From Auanema rhodensis (lineage: Eukaryota; Animalia; Nematoda): 64,000 nucleotides of DNA. This document shows, one piece after another, positions 51,901 through 64,000 of this stretch. The position numbers and the translations under genes were made by a program. Each line of letters begins with the position of its first letter. Position 1 is the stretch's first letter. The notes beneath the pieces are model-generated. The model searched no databases and was not told the origin of the DNA. It saw only the letters and a program-made list of their open reading frames with translations. The stretch covers positions 9,424,001 to 9,488,000 of the forward strand of contig OZ059896.1 of assembly GCA_964057225.1 (NCBI GenBank), written 5' to 3'.

Positions 51901-54790
51901 TTTTGAGTGTGTGTGTTGGGCCATGCTCCTATAAAATATTAGCGATAAGTTGAAATAAAATGAAAAATACTGTATTATAAAGCATCTCTAAGCGACCATA
52001 TGTCAGAAATCTGTGCATGCTCACACCATTCTCCAGTAATAATTGAACGAAGTCTGTACGATCATGACACAAAGCATCCATCATAGCATTGTGGAGATCA
52101 GATGTGGACCATTCCTGTAATTAATCGATATAATATATTTTATTGTAATATGATTTAAAAAATATAAAATTAGAATAACAGAAGCTACATATAAAGGTAT
52201 TTCGTATATTTTCGTGAAAAAATTAGAATATTACGGTATCTAACTGTTATTGTGGTTTTAAACTTTACAACCGTTTCGGAATTTGTTATGAAATACTCAA
52301 TATGCACCATTAGTTGACAGAAACTGTGTTTATCACTCTAATGAAAACTTACACGGCCTAAAGTAAAAATTTCTGATCGTGCAATATCAGCCCTATTCCA
52401 TGCTAAAGCTAATCGTAATTGCTCAGGTGGTGTTAAATTTTTGCCCTTAAGTAGAGCTTTAAGAATTGCATGATCTACATCTTGTCGTTGTGAATCTCCC
52501 AGACGGAATATAGTTAACTAAATAGATATAACTTTAGTTCAGAAGAGCTAGGATAGCATTTTACCAGATTCTTCTGTTTAATACAATCGATTAACTGTTT
52601 AAAAATTCTGAAAGTATTTTTCTTATCATAGTTGAAAACTTTCTCAAGTTGAAAAACTAGTTGATTTCGAGCTGAATCAGACAATTTTCTGAATAATAAG
52701 CATAAAGAGGCATCATCAAATAGTTTCTCACCCATCCTCTGAGCAATTTTGATGAGCAAATGATAACAAATCAGCAGCGCGTCCACTACCGTCACAAATG
52801 ACTACAGGAATACGTGGTATTCTAAAATAATAAAATCAAAAAAATAATGATGGAAAAATAACTTACGAAGTAACATAATCATGAACAACTTTAATAGTAA
52901 ATGCTCCTCCTTCAAGCACAACGCAAACGACTGGTACAGAGTTTGCACCATGTTGCATAGCAGCTTTCTTAGCCAAATAAGTTTCAAAACGTTTTCGTAA
53001 TATTATTTCGGCGCCATATCTTAACTTTTCCAATCTTTTATTATATCATATAATGAACCAGGTCATCCATTTGATAAATTAAAAATGAAAAAAGCTGCAT
53101 TGAAATCAATCGATTGAAATTATTGAAATCATTTTTAAGATCATTATTCAACAACGAAATAATCGATAAAAATTATTAAAATCGTTGTTAAGATCATTAA
53201 TCAATTTGTAATAAAATTGGTAAATTACTATCGAGGCTCAGGTTTGATATAAGGTTCACAATAGATTTTTTCTTGAACATACCTTCCTGTAGTTCCGTTG
53301 TCAGAAAAAATAAAATATGAATGACGATCGTTTAGCTCAGCAAAACGAGATTTGTTGAATTGATTAGTAGAATAGTTAACAGTAATATCCTTACAAAAAG
53401 TATTTTAGAAAAAAAACAAAATGTGAAAAATACTTTTCCTTCAAAACGTTGACGTCTCTTCAGCATGCCCCACGGAGCAATTCCAATAGCCAAAACGCGA
53501 GAGCGTGAACGTGAAGAACCAAGATCTTGTAATGCAGAAGCTACATGACGAATAACCCCATTATTCAATCCACTTGTTATAATCCAAGCATCAGTTGATT
53601 TTGCTGCTTTAAGAATTCCTTTTCGAAATAGTCGAGCAAGTTTTGGTTGTAACCTATTGAATACCCAATTTAATATCATAGAAATATAACAAATTATTAC
53701 TCAAAGTTGGTCAAGCCACCATGTATAGTGATGACAAGTTTAGGAGGGGGCAATTTCCAAATTTTATCCATCAGGAAAGATAGAGTTTCAGGTTCGGTAT
53801 CAAAACTACATCTTACAAAATTAGCTTTAGCCTGATGAGAAGAGCCTAAACAAAATAAATTAAAGCTTTATTTTATGAAAAAAATACCTTCAAAAGCAAT
53901 TGTTCCATAGCAATCAGTTGGAAATACATCTGTATGTCTGCTGATGGTCCATTTTTTTGGGCGTCTTGGCTGCAAAAGGACTCTTATCTTAGTGGATATT
54001 TACCATTTAAATTCGAACCAGAGAACTATTATTAGTTAAACCTCCATCAGTCGTGAATTCATCATCTGGATGTCTCGATTCCAAAACATCAGAGTTGTGA
54101 TGACGATGACGAAGTTGATTTCTATGAGGCCTATCAGAATGATCAGAACGTTGTTGTACATTCTCGTCATGTTGATCAAAAGGTAGCCCACAGCCACATC
54201 TTAAAATAAGTAAAAATAAATAATAAAAACAACTGTTTGACGGTATCTTATTACCTGTCAACATATTTCTGAGAAGGAACAAAATGAGAGCATACTCGTT
54301 TCTTCAACTTATGTTCAATCCAATTTCCTCCTCTCTAAACATTTTAATTATATACATTCATGTATAAGCAGTGAAATAATGAAAAAAGGATAATCTTACA
54401 AGTGACGACATGGTTCGCATACGAGTATCTCGAGCAACAGACGATTGTCGCTAAAAAATAATAAAATATAATACTTGTATGAATTGATCCAATAGTGCTT
54501 TTTAAGTTTTCATGATATAAGCAATATTTTCTGAAGGACAGCAAACCTTTTTCGAGTTTGGATTAGTGATGTTAATCATATCTTTCCAATCTCCTCCGTG
54601 AACATGTTTTGGAGCACGGAATGGCTCGTCAACTGTAAACATGAAATGTTTTTTTTCCCAATAATAGTCAGTTACCGCTGTTTCTACGAGTACGACCTCT
54701 ACGACGAGAACCATGATTGGTATCTTCATCATCATCATCATGCATCCTAATAGAAACTTGATTAGTACGTTCCTTAGCAGGTACAGCCAT
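48959..54790 (-). CDS. gtl-2: TRPM cation channel, nematode GTL-2/GON-2/GTL-1 family (closest to gtl-2 from recalled sequence); about 33 exons; 3'-incomplete, ending at a splice donor in the pore loop
   Basis: Hand-spliced continuous frame. Exons: 54790-54676, 54632-54547, 54450-54400, 54334-54255, 54199-54019, 53969-53888, 53845-53701, 53653-53434, 53389-53283, 53019-52867, 52821-52732, 52688-52565, 52517-52353, 52114-51971, 51928-51854, 51811-51710, 51666-51634, 51543-51510, 51395-51193, 51145-51048, 51002-50841, 50789-50723, 50672-50493, 50446-50384, 50336-50249, 50203-50099, 50053-49935, 49892-49762, 49716-49647, 49593-49448, 49406-49292, 49246-49057, 49012-48959. TRPM motifs: [123 protein letters not shown]. 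Family is certain; the orthologue name is from memory. Confidence 0.9.
53108..53204. repeat. Imperfect direct repeat (two ~44-bp copies, period 53 bp) inside a 263-bp TRPM intron
   Basis: AATCGATTGAAATTATTGAAATCATTTTTAAGATCATTATTCAA (53108-53151) vs AATCGATAAAAATTATTAAAATCGTTGTTAAGATCATTAATCAA (53161-53204). Confidence 0.75.
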
Positions 54791-54796
54791 TGTTTT

Positions 54797-54802
54797 CTGA
54801 AA
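54797..54802 (-). promoter_or_regulatory. TTTCAG splice / trans-splice acceptor 6 nt upstream of the TRPM ATG
   Basis: Minus strand reads GTTTCAG|AAAACA ATG GCT. Confidence 0.6.
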
Positions 54803-55675
54803 CAAAAGACTTATAACAAAGAAAGTTCTATATGTTTGACTCAATTTTTATTTAATTGTTTATAACATTTTCATTTGATGATAACAAAATGAAAATATTT
54901 GATCTTTTCAGACAAAATCAAGTTATATGTATGATGTCGGTATTGTTATAGTGCTTATCAGTAATGTATTGGTCTTTTGATAATGCTGATCTTTTCTTTC
55001 AACTTTAATCGGTTTTTTTAAAATAAAAATGAATTCAATGCTTGTTCGCAATAAAACAAATATAATGAGAGAATATTTAATTTCAGCAATTTTCTAGCAA
55101 AATATTGGTTTTATATTTTCAAATTGATCACATTTTGATTTAAGGTTGCCATGATTGTCTGTTTAATCTTATATTTGATCAAAGGATTAGACATGATCAT
55201 CAGGTCGACAGAGTATCTTTTGATAGTTCTGCATTCAGAAAGAAAATTTAATTAGGTTTAGTAGCAGATAGATGTTGACCATTTTTATTTGGATAATGGT
55301 TTATAAGGCACGATTGTCGTATTAGTCATCAAGGTTTTTCATTATTAATGAGTCTTGTAAAGTCTACAAAGTTGAAAGTTCTGTTCAGAAGAGCATACGT
55401 TTTGTTGTAAGAATGGTAACAGCATGTGTAACCAAGTTTTTTTTTCAGAGTTTCTACACATGACGAAGCAGATGTTCCAGAAACTATTTCTACAGTTGCT
55501 AATCTTTTCATAAGTACAAACTAAGGACTTTTAAAAGTCTTATCGACAGAGAATAATATATAGTAGCCGTGATAACAACCACAATGCCTATTATGCTTCT
55601 CGGGATACTATTAAAAAAATAGTCAAAAAGTAAATCAAAGAATTATTGAATATTAAAGATATTATATCCTCAGTC

Positions 55676-55683
<8 letters not shown>

Positions 55684-55708
<25 letters not shown>
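55684..55708. repeat. (AT)n microsatellite
   Basis: About 12 AT dinucleotides. Confidence 0.9.
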
Positions 55709-55750
55709 ATTTTATTTAAACTTCAAATTAAATGAAAGTATAAATCCTAC

Positions 55751-55789
55751 CGGAAATGGGCTTGTCTTTCTTATATCATTGTTATCCAT
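55751..55789 (-). CDS. Possible additional first coding exon of the TRPM gene (MDNNDIRKTSPFP)
   Basis: ATG at 55789, 13 codons, CCG|gtagga donor in phase 0; splices in frame to the acceptor at 54797 (AAA ACA ATG). No homology support. Confidence 0.3.
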
Positions 55790-58068
55790 CTCTCATTCCA
55801 GAGCAAATGCAACAAATATATGCAAGATTGAAGCTTGAAACTACTTCAAAACAAAAAAATCAGTTTTAGTTTTCAAAATACAGAGAGAAAGAGAAACATT
55901 GAGATTATGATAGCTATTTTATTTTTGAAGAATAGATATGATCAAACGAATTCAGGAAATCTAGTAAGGAACTCTAGATGTAATCGGCGTAATATAGTTA
56001 AATATGAAAATAATTGATAAATAACTTAATATAAATATGTGAGTATGAAAATGTTAAAACAATAATATTATTAAAATCGGAAAAAATATGAAAATTTGGA
56101 TGATTATTTAGCAAATTTTTTACTAATACTATAAAAAAATATCACTAAAAATTATACTCATTTTATATACAGAATAACAGATCATAAATAATGTCAAAAC
56201 TCATTAAAATTGACGGTTGTCGATAAATGGAAAATGAAGATGATATGCTAGGCATGGTATGAAGAAGAAATCAGACACAACTAAAAGATGATTCTTGATA
56301 AGGTGATAACGATGCATACAGAAGCTGCCAAACGTTCCAAATATAAGCTTGACATTGGACCTTTCTTGCCTATCTTTATGGCTTAGAAAAGAAATATAGA
56401 TATGATGCATAAAGTATGAGACATCGCTTATTATATAAATGTTTCAAAGTTTTTGTTTAAAAATAATCATTATATTAACTTGATTACTGAATAATAAAAC
56501 TAATATTCAACAAAGAAATTAACTAAAATAAGAATAATTAGAATCAGTTCGTTATAGTTTTCTGATAAATATGTGATGTTAAACAATTAAATAGTTGATT
56601 ATTGCATCGTTAACATCATGGTCTAAGAAAAATGAATATAAAAGATTTGCAAAGCAATGTGTTATCGAACAGTTCTATTATAGTGCGCAAGGAAGCTCAG
56701 ATAATGATACGGTTTTCATGGAAAGAGTATTCGTTCAAAAGCTCTAATCCTCAATTGCTCACGTCATTATCAGCAAGTCCCAATAAATGACCAAGCGATA
56801 CAATAAAATTATCAGTCGACTACTGTCAAAATATTATAGTTTAGACGTTATTGAATAAAATATTTTACACGACTAAGAATAATCACAGAAAATATATATG
56901 TTATAGTTAGTAATAAAACTTTTTTTATAAATAAAACATTCAAATATGAATAACTATGTAGATAGCAGGTATGAATCTTCGTAAATGTCTAGAATAGATC
57001 TTTTTGTTTTAGTCCTTCTTCAAATAGACGGCTGTGTCGCTTTAACGATAGCTACAGTATACTTGGCAAAAATTAAACTTATAGAAACAAGAAATACAGA
57101 AGTCAAGAATTAATGACTGCTTAATATTATATTGATAATTCGTTTCCACTAATAATTGTAAAAAGATGCAATAAATAAATGATTCATATTTATTTTACTT
57201 CATTGTCAGTATCTGATTCATTGAGTCTCTGATATATTCATGTGCATATGAAAAGTTTTAATTTATACAGTAATCTTATTATATTTGATTAAGATTAAAT
57301 GCTTATTTCTTTTAGATGATAATTAACTAAATAACATGATTAAATTTGTTTTAATATATCATTCCAAAATTACAAAGTATTCTTTCGTTTTGACATTTGT
57401 TTTGCTTGTTTATCTTTTTTAATTAATTTTTTTAATTATTTGAGAATGTAAAGAAACCTCATAGTTAATGCCTGATATTTAATGAAAGCCATATACGCTT
57501 ATTTTAACTACAGTAACCACATAAGCATATGTGGCGTCTTATTAAAAATGTTCCATCATAAAGCCGTTGTGTAATATATTGCTTAAGCTTTCATTTTGCT
57601 ACGGTCTCAACTTAATAGAAATCTTCTTCTAGTGGAAGAATCTGAATTTTTTCAACTCAGAACGAACTAAAGAGACAAGATGTTTATGTTGTGGAAAATA
57701 TTTGAGTTTATTACTATTCAAGTATTTTATTTGAAAAGAAATTATTTTACTTAATATGCAACATTGCTTAAGAATATTGAGTTCGACGTTTTCTCTTCCT
57801 TTTTATATTCATTAATATTTCTATTAATCAAATAATGTTTTGAAATCAAGGTTCTGTCAAAAAAACTATTTTCATATCATACTTTTCAGGAAAAATTTTT
57901 CGTTTCTTCAAGAGCGTGTTCTGGTTTTCCTACAATTTCTTTTTTTCCTTATTTCATGGTTTACCTTTGCCAGTGCTGTCAAATTCAAATCAAGAGAATA
58001 GATTAAGAAAAGTTAGCAAGCTACTACATTTGACCGTTTTATATATTTTTTAGAGTATCAGAAACTAT

Positions 58069-59627
58069 ATGGTTTTTGAATTTTTTACTGGCGATAACCC
58101 CGATGTAGAAGAATATGACTACAGCTGTAAGAGTCAATAAATTTCGAAGATTCAAAAAAAATTATAGACAAAGGTCCAACAGCTCGTAGTGGGCATCGAA
58201 TTGTTATAACTGATGACTATATATATGCTATTGGAGGTTTCAACGTGGTTGATGGGGTGGGCAGAATTTACAAAGAAGTAAGCTGTCAAATGAATTGCAA
58301 TAGCAGTTTTTTTTATAGGTATGGAGACTGAATCTCCTTACTCGTGAATGGGCTTTACTTTCTGTTCCTCCAAATTTCCCTTCACATTTAGCATCATTCG
58401 GAGGTATGTACCAAAAAAATATGAAAATTTCAACTTTCATAACTTTTAGTAGCCCAAATGGAACCATATTCCGCTACTATTCTTTTATTTGGTGGTACAG
58501 CTTTTCCCTTTGGAGAAACACTTTGTAACGATACATATGTTATTCAACTAAATTCTAATGAAGACGAAATCAAAAGTCAAATTCTAGACACAAATGGATC
58601 GTATGTGCCGCACGTTTATGGACATGTAATTAAACTATTTTTCAAAATTTTCTATCTTCAATTTTTAGTCTTTTGCAAGATGTATAGATTTTGACAATTC
58701 GACTGCTTTTTACTCTATTGGGGGTACCACTGGAATAGAGTATAACCTCGATGTTTATTTTTTAAAATTAACTGAAAATGGTTGGATGTGGAACTTGGAG
58801 GCTCATCCGGTTTGATTCGGAAATTTTGATTTTTAAATAGTTTTTCTTATTTCAGCCTATAGGAATAAATGGTATGTATAGATTCGAAGCTGTGCAGGAT
58901 GGTAATCAACTAATTTTCTTTGGAGGGGGAACCATTGTTAGTGTTGAAGGCTTTTCGCAGGTTCTTAGATAGTTTTGTAAGCAATATAATGTTTTTTTTA
59001 AGCTATATACTTTTGATATAAGTAATAGAACATACGGTGGTATATCTACGTTACCTGATCCCGTTTTTGGTTATCCCCAACCTCGAAAGTGTCATACAGT
59101 GTCTGAATACAAACGAAGTGTTATAATTACCGGAGGTTGTGGAGCACCCAGAACACCTACTGAGGAGGTACATTTTGAATTATCCCACCAAAACAAACAG
59201 TTTTGTCTAGCCACCTATTTATGATGATGTTTGGGTTCTTAACCTAGATACATATAGATGGAAAAAATTGCCAATAAGCTTGATGTTAGCTGTATATTTC
59301 CATGATGCTGTTGTAACGAAGGTTTGAAAATATATTTCTGAAATACGCTAGATAACAACTTTTTGCAGCATGGATGTATATACATTTTTGGAGGAGTATG
59401 TGGTTTACCTACTCGAACAAATTTATGTCAACGATTTTGGCTTGAACCTCCTCCTTTAAAAGTATTAGTTAAGGAAAACTTAATGAAATTAATGAAGGTA
59501 TTCTAAATATTTGTTTATAAAATGTATCTCTTATCTTGTTTAGGATTGCAAAATCTTGTCATCATTTAATATTTGCCACAGTAATTTTACAAATAAGCTG
59601 GAAAACGTGTTGTTGAAATGTAGTTAA
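58069..59627 (+). CDS. KLHDC10: Kelch domain-containing protein, KLHDC10 / Drosophila slim-like (Cullin-2 substrate receptor family); about 10 exons
   Basis: Spliced translation gives GPTARSGHRIVITDDYIYAIGG, LLFGGTAFPFGE, IGGTTGIEYNLDV, PQPRKCHTV, DDVWVLNL, AVYFHDAVVTKHGCIYIFGG and a C-terminal WLEPPPLK BC-box-like motif; stop TAA 59625-59627. Start codon less certain. Confidence 0.82.
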
Positions 59628-59722
59628 TGTTGTTAATATTTTTTTAGAAGATGTATTCTAAAACTAATAAGTTTTATAGCAGCACTTAGTGTTCTTATGA
59701 AGCTATAATTAGTATTTAAATT

Positions 59723-59831
59723 TATAAAAAAATTTTTCATCATTGTTTGTCTTTTTAAAATGGTTTCAGCCTAGCTTGTTACATTTCTTACTGTACTAAT
59801 ATATGTTATATGCATTCTTTTGAAGTTTTAG
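59723..59831 (+). promoter_or_regulatory. Putative operon intercistronic region 1: variant poly(A) signal TATAAA, T-rich tract, TTTTAG trans-splice acceptor
   Basis: TATAAA at 59723-59728; acceptor at 59826-59831, about 100 nt downstream; next ATG at 59848. Confidence 0.5.
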
Positions 59832-59847
59832 CTGCGGGTTCTGGCAA

Positions 59848-62064
59848 ATGTCACTTTCTCTTCTTTCTGTTAACTCATGTGCTTATGCTAGTTGTGGTCT
59901 TCATTTTCAAAGTTTGTATGATCTAATTGCTCATATAGAACTTACCCATATTCGTTAGTTTACTTTTCTAAATTTTCTTTATGCAAACATGTTTTTAGCC
60001 GCTTTCGAAGAAGAACGCCAAAAATGCTCAAACACTGCAGAAGATGGTAGGCATAATATAGCACCTAATTTACCACTGAGTGCTTTTCAAAGGTTGGATA
60101 TTTTTAATTGGTAAACTAATCCTCAGCTGTTCAGGGTTTTTCCTACTCCTTATCGGCCTCAACCATGTAAACCAGAAACTATTAAAGTGTCATTCAATCA
60201 CCATAGGAAACGAGCTGCTCCTGGTAATTTTTATTTAAAAAAATTGTAGAACTATATTTTTTTGTTGCAGGAATGCCCCCAATAGGTACCAATGCAATTC
60301 AGCCTGCTGCGTTATCTGCTCGTAAAGGTGAGGTTTTTCTGTTTATATCATATCTATCTATATAATGTTTAAGATGAAGATGCAAATAGCGAAACTGGTA
60401 ATGACGATTTTGACGAATGCTGTGCGTCGTAAGTCATCATTTTTACGATACCAAAATATGTTTTAAATGTTTTTTAGTGATCCTGAAATGCGGTTCAGAT
60501 GTCATTATGTAGATTGTGGTAAACGATACAAAAACAAACCTGCTTTAAAGTAAGTTGGTTGATTTGTTTCTCAATTATTATTATGTTAATAGGCTCCATA
60601 TGCGCGCTGTTCATAGTCTTTCTTCTAATGATGATAATTCGTCTTCGACAACAGCCGAGAGCATAGTTCCACCTCTCACAACATCGGCTAATTCTAGCCC
60701 TACTAAATACGCTGCGTAAGTTCTATTTTGTTGTTTCATTCACTTTTTGTTTCTAGTACTAGACCTCATAAATGTCAACAATGTTCTAAGAGATACAAAA
60801 CTATTCAAGGGTTACAAAACCATGTAGCACAGGCTCACCAGAAACCTAATGGTGAGTGTTTTCAATTGCAATTCAATCTTAATTTTGCCTTTCAGGTGGT
60901 TCTGCTAACAGTGAAAGCGTTAATCCTTCTCCAGCAGTTGTTGCGCAGTTAATTACTCAAGCTCGAGCTCATGGTCAACAAGCAGCTCAACAAGCAGCGC
61001 AACAACAAACGCAACAGCTTGCCGTACAAGCTCAAGCTGCTGCTGAGGTTTTATTGAAACACTTATAAACATTCAAGTATATTTTAAGCGTGCTCTACTA
61101 GGCAACCAGCATAATAATAATTCTCCATCAGCTTCTCCATCGAGAGGACCACCTCTACCAGTATCTGTGGCTCCACAGAATTCGCAGCATTTCTTTCCTC
61201 AAAATGTTGGCAATGGTGTTTGTATTTTATAACTTGTTCTCTTATTTCAGGCGCCGCTTCCTGTTCGTTCTATTCAAGTTCAGTCTGGTCGTGTTAATTC
61301 ACAACCTTCTTCACCTGTAAGTTCGAGCAAAAGTTTAAAGTTTCATTTTTTTATTCTAGTATCCACCTGGACAAACTACTGGTCAAATGCTGCAGCAACA
61401 ATTACATCAACAGAGACGTCAACAACAGCAACAACTACAACAACAACAACAGCAGCAGCAGCAGCAACAATATATACAACAGTCTCAAACGCAATCTCAA
61501 ACGCAATCTCATACTCCACATTATCAAGACCAAAACCAGCAGAATCAGTTTGCTTCACAACCACCTAGTCAATTGCAACAGCAATTGCAACAACCTTCTC
61601 AGAACTATGTGAATAGTTCGCATCATGCTCAGAAATCAGATCATATAACATCACAACAGTCTGGTCAACTTCAGCAAAGCCACTCTGCACCAAATATGCA
61701 ACTTTCTACTCAACATCAGTCCATTCAATATCAACAGAAAAACCAACAGGTGAATCTCATTTTCTCTAAAATCGTTTTACATTCCTTTTCTTAAAGTCTT
61801 ATGAGTATGAACATAGCCAACAATCTCCTCAGGTGTCTTCAAGTTCTAATTATTCTGGTAATTATCAAGCTTCTTTAACTGTTGAATAATTTTATTTATT
61901 TAGGACCCAATTCGAAGCAATACGCTAAATCTCCTAGTACGCTGGAAGGACGTCATTCTCAGCAAAGCAATATCACAACGGTAAATTGAACAATCTCAGT
62001 AGACCTATTACATTATAAAATTTAGGCTGTGCCGATAAAAGATGCTACTTCAACTTTGGATTAA
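59848..62064 (+). CDS. JAZF1: JAZF1-like C2H2 zinc-finger protein with long Q/S/P-rich C-terminal extension; multi-exon
   Basis: Three fingers matching the JAZF1 pattern: NSCAYASCGLHFQSLYDLIAHIELTHI, FRCHYVDCGKRYKNKPALKLHMRAVH, RPHKCQQCSKRYKTIQGLQNHVAQAH. Frame followed through the polyQ exon to TAA at 62062-62064. Confidence 0.8.
61393..61511 (+). repeat. Coding CAA/CAG polyglutamine tract plus 12-bp tandem repeat (TCTCAAACGCAA)
   Basis: Encodes QQQLHQQRRQQQQQLQQQQQQQQQQQYIQQSQTQSQTQS. Confidence 0.85.
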
Positions 62065-62397
62065 GTTCCAAGTAGTTGGTGGCAAATTCACGTTTTATAT
62101 GTATTTATTCACATTTGTATATGTATTTAATAATAATAATCTTACTCTGACTACGTCAGGAACGTTGGCTTGTATTTATTCCTTTCTTCTTTGTAAAGTT
62201 GTATTTGTATCCCATTTTATCAAACTATGAGCTATTGGACTCCTAAGCGAGAGATAATCAAAAGAAATCTCTGTTAATATTATGCATTCCAGTCATACTC
62301 ATCGCAAATTTTATTTAGTGTGCTTTTAATATATAATTCATTTAACATATCGTTTTGCATTTTATCCCAATTATTAATGTCCATGTTTGAGTATATG

Positions 62398-62504
62398 AAT
62401 AAAGCTTTCTTTTTAATTTTAATTCTTTGTGAATGTTTTTTTCATTTATTATTTCAAAAACATAAAACAAGAGCCACATACAAGAGTAATTAAAATGATT
62501 TCAG
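62398..62504 (+). promoter_or_regulatory. Putative operon intercistronic region 2: AATAAA, T-rich tract, TTTCAG trans-splice acceptor
   Basis: AATAAA at 62398-62403; T-rich 62405-62455; TTTCAG at 62499-62504; ATG at 62506. Confidence 0.7.
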
Positions 62505-62505
62505 A

Positions 62506-64000
62506 ATGTCTGACGAGCCTGGTGGTGATAACTCTGACATACTTTGCTTCACTCCTTTGTGGGTAGTCTTGTATTCTGTTTCTTACTGAAATTATTTTTA
62601 AGGGGGTCTGGACAAGAGGTAGGACGGTCATGCCATCTTTTGCAGTTTAAGGGAAAGAATGTTCTGGTTTGTGAATTAAATTGATAAAACCTATGATAAT
62701 TTCTCTTTAGTTGGATTGCGGAGTGCATCCTGGAATGCATGGTGTTGATGCTCTTCCGTTTGTCGATTTCATAGATGTAGAAAAAGTAGATTTATTGCTT
62801 GTAAGGAAATTCAGGAAGATACTCTTATGTTTAAAAACCTTTTTAGATTACCCATTTTCACTTGGATCATGCAGGAGCACTTCCGTGGTTGCTCGAGAAA
62901 ACTGCTTTCAGGTACGTTTTACTCGACTGACTAAATGTTTCAAATAATTTTCAGTGGTAAATGCTTCATGACACATGCTACTAAATCAATCTATAGAATG
63001 CTTCTTGGAGACTATGTTAAAGTATTATACAGTATAATCTTCATAAGTATATTATTTTTTATTAGGTTGCCAAGTTTGGAGGTGGAAGTGATCGTCATAT
63101 GCTATATTCTGAAGAAGATTTAGATAGAAGTATGGAAAAAATTGAGGTTTTTTGCTCTTTTATTATCAGTACACATATTGCATCAGGTTATTGACTTCCA
63201 CGAGCAGAAGGAAGTAAACGGTATTAGGTTCTGGCCATATGTAGCTGGTCATGTTTTGGGCGCTTGCATGTTCATGATTGAAATAGCAGGTTACTTCGTA
63301 TACAAATACATTTTGTTAATATTAGGTGTTAAGGTGTTCGAACTTTATATACAGGAGATTTTTCTTGTCTGGAAGACAGGCATTTATGCGCCGCTGAAAT
63401 TCCTACAATTGCTCCTGATGTTTTAATTTCAGTACGAAATAATTTCTAGGACATTTAATAGTTATTTTTAGGAATCTACTTACGGAACACAAATTCATGA
63501 AGATCGAGATGAAAGAGAAAAACGGTCAGTATATACTTTTTTGTATACTTGCTCTCTAATAGGTGGTTTTTATTTAGATTCACTCAGATGGTTCATGAAA
63601 TAGTTGGAAGAGGAGGACGGTGTTTGATTCCTGCTTTTGCTCTGGGACGTGCACAAGAACTACTTCTGATTCTTGATGAATATTGGGAAGCACATCCTGA
63701 TCTTCATGATATACCTGTTTATTGTTTGTTATGCTACACTATCTGGTTGTTTTAGTTTTACTTTAGATGCGTCTAGTCTCGCTAAGAAGTGCATGGCTGT
63801 ATATCAAACTTTCATCAGTGGTATGAATCAACGAATTCAAAAGCAAATTGCTGTGAATAATCCCTTTGTTTTTAAACATGTTAGTAATTTGAAAGTAAGT
63901 ATTAGTTCTGTAATCTTCTTTAATTATCGTGCATTTTTAAGGGAATGGAACATTTCGAAGATTCTGGTCCATGTGTTGTCCTCGCATCACCTGGTATGCT
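62506..64000 (+). CDS. cpsf-3: Cleavage and polyadenylation specificity factor subunit 3 (CPSF73, metallo-beta-lactamase/beta-CASP endonuclease); truncated by the window end
   Basis: [37 protein letters not shown] (HxHxDH), [69 protein letters not shown]. Confidence 0.96.

Noticed and set aside
55329-56410. Short ORFs 55329-55511, 55835-56017, 56204-56410
   Set aside because: 60-68 aa in AT-rich intergenic DNA with no recognisable motifs or consistent exon chain.
58240-62740. Minus-strand ORFs 58240-58467, 61376-61564, 62449-62631, 62549-62740 and plus-strand ORF 62042-62230
   Set aside because: Antisense or off-frame/3'UTR overlaps of the KLHDC10-like, JAZF1-like and cpsf-3 genes.

Overview
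AT-rich eukaryotic DNA, almost certainly a nematode (41-50 bp introns, TTTCAG/TTTTAG acceptors, operon-like gene spacing, gtl-2-type TRPM gene). Bases 1-48,747 are an uninterrupted tandem array of a 213-bp unit (73-nt tRNA-Val gene plus 140-bp spacer). It holds 229 complete, in-phase tRNA genes (starts at 111+213k, k=0..228) and continues off the left edge. Two isoacceptors are interleaved: roughly two-thirds Val(TAC) and one-third Val(CAC) by eye count. The anticodon state is tightly coupled to one T-stem base. To the right, a minus-strand TRPM channel gene (gtl-2/gon-2 family, about 33 exons traced) runs toward the array. It stops at a splice donor in the pore loop about 200 bp from the array edge, and the S6/TRP-box exons are absent from the window. 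The simplest reading is that a >=48.9-kb antisense tRNA array fills one giant intron of an ion-channel gene. The remainder is a plus-strand, operon-like cluster of KLHDC10-like, JAZF1-like and CPSF3 genes (the last truncated by the window end). All exon coordinates and copy counts were derived by hand.
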